A stretch of 64,000 bases of DNA from Clostridia bacterium (lineage in GTDB: Bacteria > Bacillota > Clostridia > UMGS1883), in NCBI GenBank assembly GCA_017451505.1, contig JAFTOF010000002.1, positions 129,679-193,678 on the forward strand, written 5' to 3'. Position 1 is the first letter of the stretch; each line of letters opens with the position of its first letter. This document shows, in pieces, positions 19,641-29,357 of the stretch. The position numbers and the translations under genes are program-made. Under the pieces are notes generated by a model. The model was not told the origin of the DNA. It saw only the letters and a list, made by a program, of their open reading frames with translations, and did no database searches.

Positions 19641-19683
19641 TTTTTTGAAAAAAGATAAAAAAAATTAAAGTATCATTTCGTCT

Positions 19684-20577
19684 TTACACATTTTGCGTAA
19701 AGCCTTCTCCTATAATATGCTCCGCTTCGGTGGCTATTACAAAGGCATGGGGGTCTTCACTGTAGACAATTTCCTTTATATGGTGATATTCCCATACACG
19801 GACCACACACATCAGTATCCGAGTTGGCTTTTTACTGTAAGCTCCGCTCCCGTTTATAAAGGTAACTCCCCTATCCCTTTCCTCTAAAATACGTTGTGCT
19901 ATTTTTTCACTGTGTTTTGAAATAATAAAAAGATTTCTCCCTCTTTCTCCCCCGTAAACAATATGATTTATAACACTGCTCTGGGCAAAAAGCGTCACTA
20001 CGGCAAAAAGGGCTGACTCAACGTTTTTAAATACAAATATTGATACAACTATTATAACCATGTCAACAAACATCAACGCTTTTCCTATAGGTATATGGGG
20101 ATATTTCTTCTCCACAAGATAGCCTACTATATCGGTGCCTCCCGTAGATGACCCACGCTGAAAAATTATCCCCAAACCTCCGCCCGTGCATATTCCGCAG
20201 AATATCGCACCCAGCATTCTGTCCCCTGCAAACTGTGGAAAAAACGGCGTGACTATATTGTCAATAATGAGCGTATATATAACCACGGTGGTGAGCGTTC
20301 TCAGGGCAAAGCTCTTCCCTATAAATTTATATGCTACAATGAGAAGCGGCACATTGATAAAAAGTGATATAAGCCCTACGGGAAGCCCTGTCAAAAATTT
20401 TACCATAATTGCAATTCCGCTGACACCGCCCGGTGCAATATTAAGTTTTTCGGCAAAGGAGTATATTCCCACGGCAATCAGCAAACAGCCGACCGTATCT
20501 GTAAGTATATCTTTAAAAATCTTTTTCTTCATTTTAAATGAAAAAAGGATAGCTATGCTATCCTTTTTATTCTCCAC
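19684..20577 (-). CDS. YitT-family (DUF161/DUF2179) membrane protein
   Basis: Typical YitT N-terminal membrane domain (LIAVGIYSFAEKLNIAPGGVSGIAIM) and a C-terminal DUF2179-like soluble domain. Confidence 0.75.
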   Translation of the reverse strand: MENKKDSIAILFSFKMKKKIFKDILTDTVGCLLIAVGIYSFAEKLNIAPGGVSGIAIMVKFLTGLPVGLISLFINVPLLIVAYKFIGKSFALRTLTTVVIYTLIIDNIVTPFFPQFAGDRMLGAIFCGICTGGGLGIIFQRGSSTGGTDIVGYLVEKKYPHIPIGKALMFVDMVIIVVSIFVFKNVESALFAVVTLFAQSSVINHIVYGGERGRNLFIISKHSEKIAQRILEERDRGVTFINGSGAYSKKPTRILMCVVRVWEYHHIKEIVYSEDPHAFVIATEAEHIIGEGFTQNV

Positions 20578-20619
20578 ATATATTACCTCTATTTTTTCTA
20601 AAAATTTGCGGATTATTCA

Positions 20620-21474
20620 TTAATTATATTTACTTTTCATTTTGTTCTTTCTCATTGCCGTAGGTGATACGTTATATACTTCTTTAAAAACACGCAAAAA
20701 ATTTGTAAGGGAATTAAACCCCGAAGCAAAGCATATTTCCGTAACGGGGATATTACTTGTTAGCACAAGCTTTTTTGCATGCTCAAGCTTTAACGAATTA
20801 AGATATTCTTTGTAGGTCTTCCCTGTACTTTCATGAAAAAGGCCGCTGAAATAGTTCTTGTTTAAGCCTGCTACCGAAGCTACCTGCTCAAGAGTAGGGT
20901 TATCCCTGAATCTGCTGTGAAGATACAAAACAGATTTTCTTATGGAATCGTTTTCCCCGACTTCACTCTCCCTTTCGGAAAGGCCGCATTTTCTGAGAAT
21001 CAGGATAAACAGACATTCCATAAGATTTTTTATAACAGAATCGGAATAGATTGCCGTATTTTCAAATTCGTAAAGCATCTGCGATATCATAAACTCCGCA
21101 GAATGAAGCTCGTGCTGACTCAGCCTGAATATGATATTTTTATCAATGCTGAGTATTTTCTGCAGAACATCTTCATCAAGCATTTCCTCACTGAACATAA
21201 TATTATAAACTACTGCACCCTCGGTTTCTATACTGTGAAAATCCGTAGGATTTAGAAGATAGATGTCCCCAGGTTGCATTTCATATCGCTGCCCGTTTAG
21301 CACCTGCACGGCACTGCCCCTAAGCAGCAGCTCTATTTCAAAGCAGTCATGCCAGTGAAGGTCATAATTTTTAAGCTGCTTTCTGCGGATAAGCAATTTT
21401 TCACGGCTGTTGGCAATATTCTCTACCAAAATACGCTTACATTCAAATGCGTTTTTCATAACACTCACCTGCAA
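20620..21474 (-). CDS. AraC-family transcriptional regulator (cupin + HTH)
   Basis: C-terminal AraC HTH (SVAGLNKNYFSGLFHESTGKTYKEYLN...) and an N-terminal cupin domain. Confidence 0.85.
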   Translation of the reverse strand: MQVSVMKNAFECKRILVENIANSREKLLIRRKQLKNYDLHWHDCFEIELLLRGSAVQVLNGQRYEMQPGDIYLLNPTDFHSIETEGAVVYNIMFSEEMLDEDVLQKILSIDKNIIFRLSQHELHSAEFMISQMLYEFENTAIYSDSVIKNLMECLFILILRKCGLSERESEVGENDSIRKSVLYLHSRFRDNPTLEQVASVAGLNKNYFSGLFHESTGKTYKEYLNSLKLEHAKKLVLTSNIPVTEICFASGFNSLTNFLRVFKEVYNVSPTAMRKNKMKSKYN

Positions 21475-21620
21475 TTACCATTTTTTCTTAATTATATACC
21501 ATTTTTTCGGCATGGTCAACCAAAAGCTGAATTTTCAGTAATAATTAATGAAATAATATGAAGTTTTTTATGTTTTTACCAATTATAATAGCCAATATTA
21601 AATATCAGGAGTGATTTTAT

Positions 21621-22283
21621 ATGAAAATGTTTATTGACACAGCCAATGTCGATGAAATCAGAAAAGCTAACGACATGGGGGTAATATGCGGTGTTACTAC
21701 AAATCCAAGCCTTATTGCCAAAGAAGGACGTGTTTTCACCGAAGTGGTAAAGGAAATCACCACAATTGTTGACGGCCCCATAAGTGCCGAGGTAATCAGC
21801 CTTGACACAGACGGAATGGTAAAAGAAGCATTGGAGCTTTTTGAAACTATTGATTGCGAAAATCTTGTTATCAAAATCCCGATGACTCCCGAAGGACTGG
21901 GTGCTGTAAAAATTCTCAATGCAAAGGGCATTAAAACAAATGTTACGCTTATCTTCTCTGCTGCACAGGCACTTCTTGCCGCACGTGCCGGTGCTACATA
22001 TGTAAGCCCCTTTGTAGGAAGACTGGACGATATCGGACAGACCGGGATAACTTTGATTGAGGAAATTGCAGAAATATTTGAAATACATGATATAAAAACA
22101 GAAATTATTGCCGCAAGCATACGCAATCCCATTCATGCCATCGACTCAGCAAAGGCAGGTGCACATATTGCCACAATTCCCTACAAGGTTATTGAGCAGA
22201 TGACACAGCATCCCATGACAAAAGCAGGAATCGAGAGGTTTCTTAAGGATTGGAAAAGCGTCTCGAATATGGTTTTGAAATGA
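21621..22283 (+). CDS. tal: Transaldolase / fructose-6-phosphate aldolase (short Tal/Fsa subfamily)
   Basis: [13 protein letters not shown]...GVTTNPSL...KIPMTPEGL...SPFVGRLDD match transaldolase family 3B/Fsa. Length ~220 aa. Confidence 0.88.
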   Translation: MKMFIDTANVDEIRKANDMGVICGVTTNPSLIAKEGRVFTEVVKEITTIVDGPISAEVISLDTDGMVKEALELFETIDCENLVIKIPMTPEGLGAVKILNAKGIKTNVTLIFSAAQALLAARAGATYVSPFVGRLDDIGQTGITLIEEIAEIFEIHDIKTEIIAASIRNPIHAIDSAKAGAHIATIPYKVIEQMTQHPMTKAGIERFLKDWKSVSNMVLK

Positions 22284-22390
22284 TAATTTTGCTTTACTCT
22301 GCGTAAAATTTCTTGAAAATACGACAGGATTGGAAAAGCGTCTCGGCTAATTAAATTTTGAAATTCTCTATAATCCCGAACCTTTTTAAA

Positions 22391-22436
22391 CAAAGAACCG
22401 ATGTTTCGTTATGAAACATCGGTTCTTTGTTTATTA
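22391..22436. terminator. Strong bidirectional rho-independent terminator
   Basis: Perfect 17-bp stem caaagaaccgatgtttc / gaaacatcggttctttg with loop gttat, followed by TTTATT. Lies between convergent genes. Confidence 0.75.
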
Positions 22437-23732
22437 ATTAAGATAAGATTTCTTTGCAAGATATTCATCAACTAACTGTTGCAGGCCATTCATATCACTG
22501 GTGGATGCAAAGATTTCAGGGAAATTACTGTCTGCATCACCGTTTACGTAGTAATAGTCAACATAGCCGGAAATATCGATTGTGGGTGCCAGGGACTTGT
22601 CAAAATAGTAGTCATAAGGCTGACCTACTGCAGATTCACCTGTGATTGCACAGTATGCAATCAGTGTTGTAAGATATCCTGCCAGCATATTGGGATGATG
22701 TCCGTCCTTTACGATAAAGCTGTTCTTATCATAAGTTTGTGTTGCACCGGGAACGGTTACTTTGCCGGTTAATATATCGTTTGCAATTTCACCCCAGTTT
22801 GCAATGATTACACCTTTTTCGGACAGAGGCTTGTAAGAAGCAAGTATTCCGGGATAAAGCTTATCGGTGGAATTTATTCCATAGGCGGCAAGATTACCCA
22901 AACAAATAAATTTAACATCGGGATTTTCCGCACGAAACATATCCATAATATATTCAAAGCTGGAAATGAAAGTATTTTCCTCATCTCTTAATCCACTGGT
23001 GGGAGATACAAATACATAGTCATAATATCTGTCGGTAAGCTCGTCCTCGTGATTAAGCCCTTTCCATTTGCATGATTCATATGTGCAAGGTCCGTCGAAA
23101 AGCTCGGAAATAGTATGCCCCGAATAAGTCCAGTTAGTTACGGAAACATCGGCTCCATTTGCTTTGCATAACTGATAAAAGCTTCCTGTGTCATTGGAAC
23201 GCTTGCTCAGGGTGTTGTATTTAGTGTTATGCTCAACTGTGCGTCCATAGTATGTGTAAGAGTTTCCGATAAACAGTACCTTTTTTCCGTCCAAGGGATG
23301 CTTTGATGTTGTGATAACAACTGTTTGTGTGCTTTCATCCCAGTTGACACCGCATCCCAGAGTTTCTGCAACAAATCTTGCAGGCACCATTGTCCGTCCG
23401 TCGATAATCTTTGCCGGAACGTCTAACGCCACGTTTTTTCCATTAACCTTTGCATTGCTGTTTCCTGCTTGTAAAACCACCGCAATATCCTCCTTGACAC
23501 CAATTACGGTGCTTGTTTTCTCGTCCCATGCCACTATAGCTCCCAAAGCTTCAAAAATACCACGCATAGGAACTAAAGTACGACCATTTTCGATGACAGG
23601 CATCACGTCATAGTTTTGAGCTATGCCGTCAATTGTTACGCTGATGATTTCCTCTGCAAATGCAGGTATCGCCCCATAAGAAAGGACCAATGCAATTGCT
23701 ACAATAAGTGATAGAAGTTTTCGCATTTTCAT
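22434..23732 (-). CDS. Secreted SGNH/GDSL-type hydrolase fused to two copper-amine-oxidase-N-terminal-like stalk domains
   Basis: Signal peptide. Two stalk repeats (VTIDGIAQNYDVMPVIENGRTLVPMRGIFEALGA and VNGKNVALDVPAKIIDGRTMVPARFVAETLGC). SGNH block I (VLFIGNSYT, Ser retained) and block V (DGHHPN). Confidence 0.55.
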   Translation of the reverse strand: MKMRKLLSLIVAIALVLSYGAIPAFAEEIISVTIDGIAQNYDVMPVIENGRTLVPMRGIFEALGAIVAWDEKTSTVIGVKEDIAVVLQAGNSNAKVNGKNVALDVPAKIIDGRTMVPARFVAETLGCGVNWDESTQTVVITTSKHPLDGKKVLFIGNSYTYYGRTVEHNTKYNTLSKRSNDTGSFYQLCKANGADVSVTNWTYSGHTISELFDGPCTYESCKWKGLNHEDELTDRYYDYVFVSPTSGLRDEENTFISSFEYIMDMFRAENPDVKFICLGNLAAYGINSTDKLYPGILASYKPLSEKGVIIANWGEIANDILTGKVTVPGATQTYDKNSFIVKDGHHPNMLAGYLTTLIAYCAITGESAVGQPYDYYFDKSLAPTIDISGYVDYYYVNGDADSNFPEIFASTSDMNGLQQLVDEYLAKKSYLN

Positions 23733-23864
23733 ATCTCCTTTTAATATAATTTTTTCTTATTATACTAAAAGGACAATTACGAGGGAATGGAAAAATAAGA
23801 ACAATATGGAATTTTTGAAACAAAACATTGACTAAACATCAAAAAAATGTTAGGATTATCTTAG

Positions 23865-24638
23865 GTGATGTTAGTGATTGGACATATAAATAACATAAAT
23901 TTAATCAGTGCATTTTATGGAATTTCTGCCTCGTCTAAGCTTTTCCAAAACAGAGCAAGCAATGCCTTTGTTTATAAAATCAGCGGACAAAGCCTGTATA
24001 CATTTTCTAATAAGGAGATTCTCCTTTCTCAAGGAGAAGTTCTGTTCATTCCACAGGGCGAAAGCTTTCATGTCAAACGTGTATGCCCCGAGGAAAGCAG
24101 ATATTCACTTATTAATTTTTATGCAGATATAAAAAACCCCGTCCCGTTTCTTTGCCCCTTGGTCGGGGGAATAGACTATTCCTTTTTGTTTGATGAAATA
24201 ATCAAAACCTGGATTTTTGAATCAGATGCAAATTTTTACAATCGACTTTCTTTATTTTATAAGCTATTATTCTCTCTTTCCAGTTCCGACGAAAGAACAT
24301 ATTACAATAATGAAAAAAAGCAGTCGATAGAACCTGCCATACAATATTTAAATCAGCATATTTTTGACAGCAGCCTGAAAACAGAGCATCTGCATACTCT
24401 TTGCAATATTTCGGATACATATTTCCGAAAGATATTTATTTCCGTATTTGGAGTTTCTCCAAAGCAATATATTATAAACAAACGCCTGTTGCAGGCAAAA
24501 AACATAATTGACGGCGGAGAATACAACACAATTTACGAGGTTTCAGAGGCTGTAGGTTATACAGATGCACTATATTTCGGAAAGCTCTTTAAAAAGCACT
24601 ATGGCTATTCTCCGTCTAAAGGAAAAAAGGGGATGTAA
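23865..24638 (+). CDS. AraC-family transcriptional regulator (cupin + HTH)
   Basis: C-terminal HTH (YEVSEAVGYTDALYFGKLFKKHYGYSP) and an N-terminal cupin. Divergent from the secreted hydrolase. Confidence 0.85.
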   Translation: MMLVIGHINNINLISAFYGISASSKLFQNRASNAFVYKISGQSLYTFSNKEILLSQGEVLFIPQGESFHVKRVCPEESRYSLINFYADIKNPVPFLCPLVGGIDYSFLFDEIIKTWIFESDANFYNRLSLFYKLLFSLSSSDERTYYNNEKKQSIEPAIQYLNQHIFDSSLKTEHLHTLCNISDTYFRKIFISVFGVSPKQYIINKRLLQAKNIIDGGEYNTIYEVSEAVGYTDALYFGKLFKKHYGYSPSKGKKGM

Positions 24639-24663
24639 AAAACCAAGTTTTTTACATCCCCTT
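24629..24663. terminator. Bidirectional terminator hairpin
   Basis: ggggatgtaaaaaac caag ttttttacatcccc, flanked by an A-run and a T-run. Confidence 0.6.
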
Positions 24664-24674
24664 TTTTATTAATT

Positions 24675-25607
24675 TCATTCTCCGAAAAGAGCTTCGGCAA
24701 AAGCCTGCGGATCAAAGACCTGTAAATCATCAATTCCTTCGCCCACGCCGACAAATTTGACCGGTACGCCCAGTTTTTTGCAGATATTTACTACAATACC
24801 GCCTTTGGCAGTGCCGTCAAGCTTCGTAAGGACAATACCTGTAATCTTTGCCACTTTATCAAATTCCTCTGCCTGATTTACTGCATTCTGACCTGTGGTT
24901 GCATCAAGCACCAAAAGAATTTCCTTTTGTGCATCGGGAAGCTCACGGTCAATTACACGATAAATTTTACCAAGTTCGTCCATAAGATTCTTTTTGTTAT
25001 GAAGTCTGCCGGCAGTATCGCAAATGCACACATCGGCACCTTTGCTTTTTGCACTTGAGCAAGCGTCAAACACAACTGCCGCAGGGTCTGCCCCCTCCGT
25101 GAGCCTTACAAGGGGAACGTCATTTCTTTCCGCCCAGATTTCAAGCTGGTCTGCCGCCGCCGCACGGAAGGTATCCGCCGCACCTAAGACAACTTTTTTA
25201 CCTTCGTTTTTAAGCTTTGAGGTAAGTTTTCCTATCGTAGTCGTTTTACCGACACCGTTTACACCGATAACCAAAATTACGGTTGGTTTTGTTTTAAGCT
25301 CAAGGGAGCAGTCATTTTTACTGAGAATTTCAGTAATTATAGTTTTAAGCTCTGCTTTTGCTTCTTCCGCATCCTTGATGTGCTTTTCCTTTACGTTTTC
25401 ACGAAGCTGCTCAACTATTTCGCAGCTTGTCTGTCCACCGATATCCGCCATAATGAGTGCTTCTTCAAGCTCGTCATAAAGGTCATCATCAAGCTTTTTA
25501 AACACGGAGAACACCCCGTCAAGCTTTTCATTAAACGAATTGCGGGTTTTTCCGAGACCTTCCTTAAGTCTTGCAAAAAGCCCTTTTTTTTCTGTGTTTT
25601 GTTCCAT
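24675..25607 (-). CDS. ftsY: Signal recognition particle receptor FtsY
   Basis: GVNGVGKTTTIGKL P-loop, DTAGR, and SRP54-type GTPase motifs. Sits downstream of smc as in the conserved smc-ftsY operon. Confidence 0.95.
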   Translation of the reverse strand: MEQNTEKKGLFARLKEGLGKTRNSFNEKLDGVFSVFKKLDDDLYDELEEALIMADIGGQTSCEIVEQLRENVKEKHIKDAEEAKAELKTIITEILSKNDCSLELKTKPTVILVIGVNGVGKTTTIGKLTSKLKNEGKKVVLGAADTFRAAAADQLEIWAERNDVPLVRLTEGADPAAVVFDACSSAKSKGADVCICDTAGRLHNKKNLMDELGKIYRVIDRELPDAQKEILLVLDATTGQNAVNQAEEFDKVAKITGIVLTKLDGTAKGGIVVNICKKLGVPVKFVGVGEGIDDLQVFDPQAFAEALFGE

Positions 25608-25625
25608 ATTATAATTGTCCTTTCC

Positions 25626-28600
25626 TTACTCCTCTATAGCTACATCCTCCAGTTTCATTGAAAGCAGACTGCTGACGCCCCTCTCCTGCATGGTGACACC
25701 GTAAAGAATATCTGCCGCTTCCATTGTACCTCGACGGTGGGTAATAACGACAAACTGTGTATTATCACCGCGGTTACGGATATAATCGGCGAAACGATAC
25801 ACGTTCTCATCATCAAGTGCCGCCTCAATTTCGTCAAGCACAAGGAATGGTGCAGGCGAAACCTGAAGAAGTGCAAAAAGTAGTGCAATGGCCGTAAGAG
25901 CATGCTCACCGCCCGAAAGAAGAGTAATACTCTGAAGCTTCTTTCCCGGAGGCTGAACTTCAATTTCAATGGGGCTTTCAAGAGTGTCAAGCGGATCTAG
26001 AAGCTTTACCTCTGCCTTGCCTCCACCGAAAAGCTCTACAAAGCTTTTTCCGAAAAGCTCATTTATTATCTGGAATTTCTTTGCAAACTGCTCACGCATT
26101 ACCGACATCATTTCCCCGATAAGCTTTTCTAGGTCTGCCTTTGCTTTCTCCATGTCTGCAACCTGCGTGCTTAAAAATTCATATCTGCCTTTACCTCTTT
26201 GTATTCCTCGATAGCATCAACGTTGATATTTCCCAATGCACGTATGGAATTTTTAAGCTGTGAAATAATTTTCTGTGCTTCCGAAAGAGAACCTATATCC
26301 TTTTTAAATTCAAGTGCACTGTTATAGGTAAGCTCATAATTATCCCAAAGTCTGTTTGCGGCATTTTCCAAATCTTCCTCGATTTTATTCTTCTTTGTTT
26401 CAATACGGACAACCTCGCCCTGAAGTGCCAAAATACGCTCATTAAGCTGCTTGATTTCTTCTCTTAATTTTTCAAGCTCGCTGTCGTTTCCGCTTCTTCC
26501 CGAAAGATGAGCCTTGATTTCCTCTTTCTTAGACTCGATAGCAATATCGCACTGTTTCTTACGCATTTCATTTTCTTCAATCTGCTTTTCAAAGGAGGAA
26601 ATCATATTTTGCTGATGAGCTTTCTCATCAAGCTTTGCCTTATAGTCTGACTGTGAATTTATTATACTGCGTTTTGCATCTTCAATTCGGCTTTGTGCTA
26701 TTTCCACATCCTTTTGGGCACTGTTAATTTCCATTTTCTTGTCAATAACCTTGCCTGAATGTGCCTCCCTTTTAAGGGTTTCTTCACGCACGGCATCCTG
26801 CTTCACTTTTACGATTGCTTCTGCCTTTTCAATAAGCTCATCGGAGCCGTCCAGAATTTCACGAAGCTTTGTCTTTGTTGAGGCAGTATCTGTCTGCTGG
26901 GTGGAAATCTGCGTTTTTTCATTGTTAAGCTTTTCAAAGCGTTCATGAGCCATCTCAAGCAGGCTCTTCTTCATGTCGGACTCCGCTTTTACTTTCATCA
27001 GCTTATTTTCACTTTCGGAAAGCTTTTCACGAAGCATGGATTCCTTCTTTCGGCTTTTCTCTGCATTATCCATACATTCATCAATTTCATCTTCAAGCTT
27101 TTCCGTTTCGTCCGCCAGTTTATCACATTCCTTATTGAGAAGCTCTATCTCGTCTTTTCTGCCTAAAAGTGCCTGTGCTTTATTAACACTACCGCCCGTA
27201 ATACTTCCGCCGGGCTGAAGAAGTTCACCTGCTAAAGTTACAATTTTAAACTTATAATGGGTGGCTTTGGCAAGCTTTACGGCACTGTCCATATCCTCCA
27301 TAATAACGGTTCTGCCCAGAAGTGCACCAATAACCGCACGGATAGAACTATCGCACTCGACCACATCGCACGCAATAGCTACTGCTCCGTCGTTTTGCAT
27401 TACTCTCTCTTCGTTATCAAGACGTCTTTCCTCCTGTGATGAAATCGGGAGGAAGGTTACCCTGCCCATATGATTTTTCTTTAAAAATTCGATTGCTTCC
27501 TTAGCATCGCTTTCGCTTTGTACCACAATGTTCTGCATTGTATTGCCCAATGCAGTTTCCACCGCTGTGGTATATTTCTTCTCTACATTGATAAGCTTGC
27601 TGAGAACTCCGAGGAAGCTTCCGTGATACTTTCCGTCTTCCTTTGCTTTAAGAAGGTCACGGACACTTCGTGCATAGCCCTCCAGACCTCTTTCCATTTC
27701 TTCAAGCATTTTTCGTCTTCCCTGCTTTTCTCCCAGCTTGGTAGACAGTTCGTTATAGCGGGTTTTAAGCTCTCCGCTTCTTCTGTTGAAATCATGGTAA
27801 TTTTTATTTGCATCAAAAACTTCATCGGAAAGCTTGTCAAATTCCTCCTGTGCCTTCTGCTCCTTTTCTTTCAGTTCGGCACACTTTGATGTAAGGCGGT
27901 TAATATCGTCAGATGCCGCCGCAATGTCAACCTCAATTGAAAAACGGCGTGTTTCTATGTTCTGCGTAATAAGGTCGATACTGTCAAGCCTTGATTGAGC
28001 CTCGCTCTTTTTGGAACGCAGGCTTAATACCTCTTCCCTTGCACTGTCAAGTGCTTTGACACGTCTTGAAACCTCCTCGCCTATTACCCTGTCCTCGTCT
28101 TCGAGGATTTCAAGCTCATCTGCAAGTTTTAAAAACTTTTCGTTTTCAGCATTTTTCTGCTGTTCAAGTTGTGAGATTTGTGATTTTATATCTTCCTCTC
28201 TCTTAGACCAGCCCGAAAGCTCTGTTTCAATACGCACAATATTAACCTTGTGGTTTTCTATGTTATTTTTAATGATTGCTTTTTCGTTCTCTATCTGTGC
28301 CGCATCAGCCTCAAGCTTTGCAAGATTCTCTCGCATGCCCTCAATTTCACTGTCGGTTTCACGAAGTGTGCTATAAAGCTTGTCACTCTTTTCGTTTGAA
28401 AGGTCAAGCTTTTCTTTAGCTTCTTCAAACTCACGGACTGCGTCTTCATAAAGTTTAGTGGTTTTCTCGCTTTCTACGCGTTTTAAGTCCGTAATCTCCA
28501 GAAGTGCACTAACCTCAATACCCTTTAGTTCTTCCCTGAGGTCAAGGTATTTAATGGCCTTTTCACTCTGCTTTTTAAGAGGCTCTACACGCTCTGTAAG

Positions 28601-29209
28601 CTCGCCTAAAATATCACGGACACGAACAAGGTTGTCCTCTGTGTGATTAAGCTTTCTTTCCGCCTCATTCTTACGGTAGCGGTATTTTGATATTCCTGCC
28701 GCTTCCTCAAATATCTGTCTGCGGTCTTCACCCTTAGAAGAAACAATTTCGGCTATTTTACCCTGACCGACGATTGAATAACCGTCACGTCCCAGACCTG
28801 TGTCCATCAAAAGCTCGTTTATATCCTTCAGTCTGCAGGCGGTGCGGTTAATCATATATTCACTTTCACCGCTTCTGAATACCCTTCGCGTAATTTCAAC
28901 TTCCTCGTAATCACAGGGCAAAAAATGGGTAGAGTTATCCAGCACAAGCGAAACCTCGGCATACCCCAATGGCTTACGCTTCTGCGTACCTGCAAAAATA
29001 ACATCCTCCATTTTTCCGCCGCGGAGCGTCTTTGCACTCTGCTCGCCCATTACCCACCTCACGGCATCGGAAATATTACTCTTTCCGCTTCCGTTGGGAC
29101 CGACGATGGCGGTTACTCCCTGATGAACTTCTATTACGGTCTTGTCCGCAAAGGACTTAAATCCCTGAAGCTCTATTCGTTTAAGGTACATTACATCACC
29201 TTTTTCCAC
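25626..29209 (-). CDS. smc: Chromosome segregation protein SMC, interrupted by an apparent -1 frameshift near 26184-26194
   Basis: The 1012-aa ORF (26171..29209) carries the N-terminal Walker A motif (GPNGSGKSN) and the coiled-coil/hinge. The 175-aa ORF (25626..26153) carries LSGGE and the Walker B motif. The downstream frame is open upstream of its ATG, so the two frames together read ...EEYKEVK | (E)RYEFLSTQVADMEKAK..., which is the expected SMC sequence. The likely true start is the internal MYLKRIELQGFKSF at about 29191. Confidence 0.9.
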
Positions 29210-29357
29210 ACAATATATCTATTGTATTATATCATGCCCGATATTAATAATCAAGCAGAAAAACTGAAGCTGTCAAAACTTTTCCATTTACTTTTTGTAG
29301 ACAAAATTGAAATTATATTATATAATAAGACTTAGAAATTATCTAAGGAGGTCGGCA

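Noticed and set aside
26700-28700. Multiple Ser-rich plus-strand ORFs (e.g. 26973..27218, 28011..28376)
   Set aside because: They are antisense to the SMC coiled-coil region (Glu/Lys-rich sense giving Ser/Phe/Leu-rich antisense). No independent signals.
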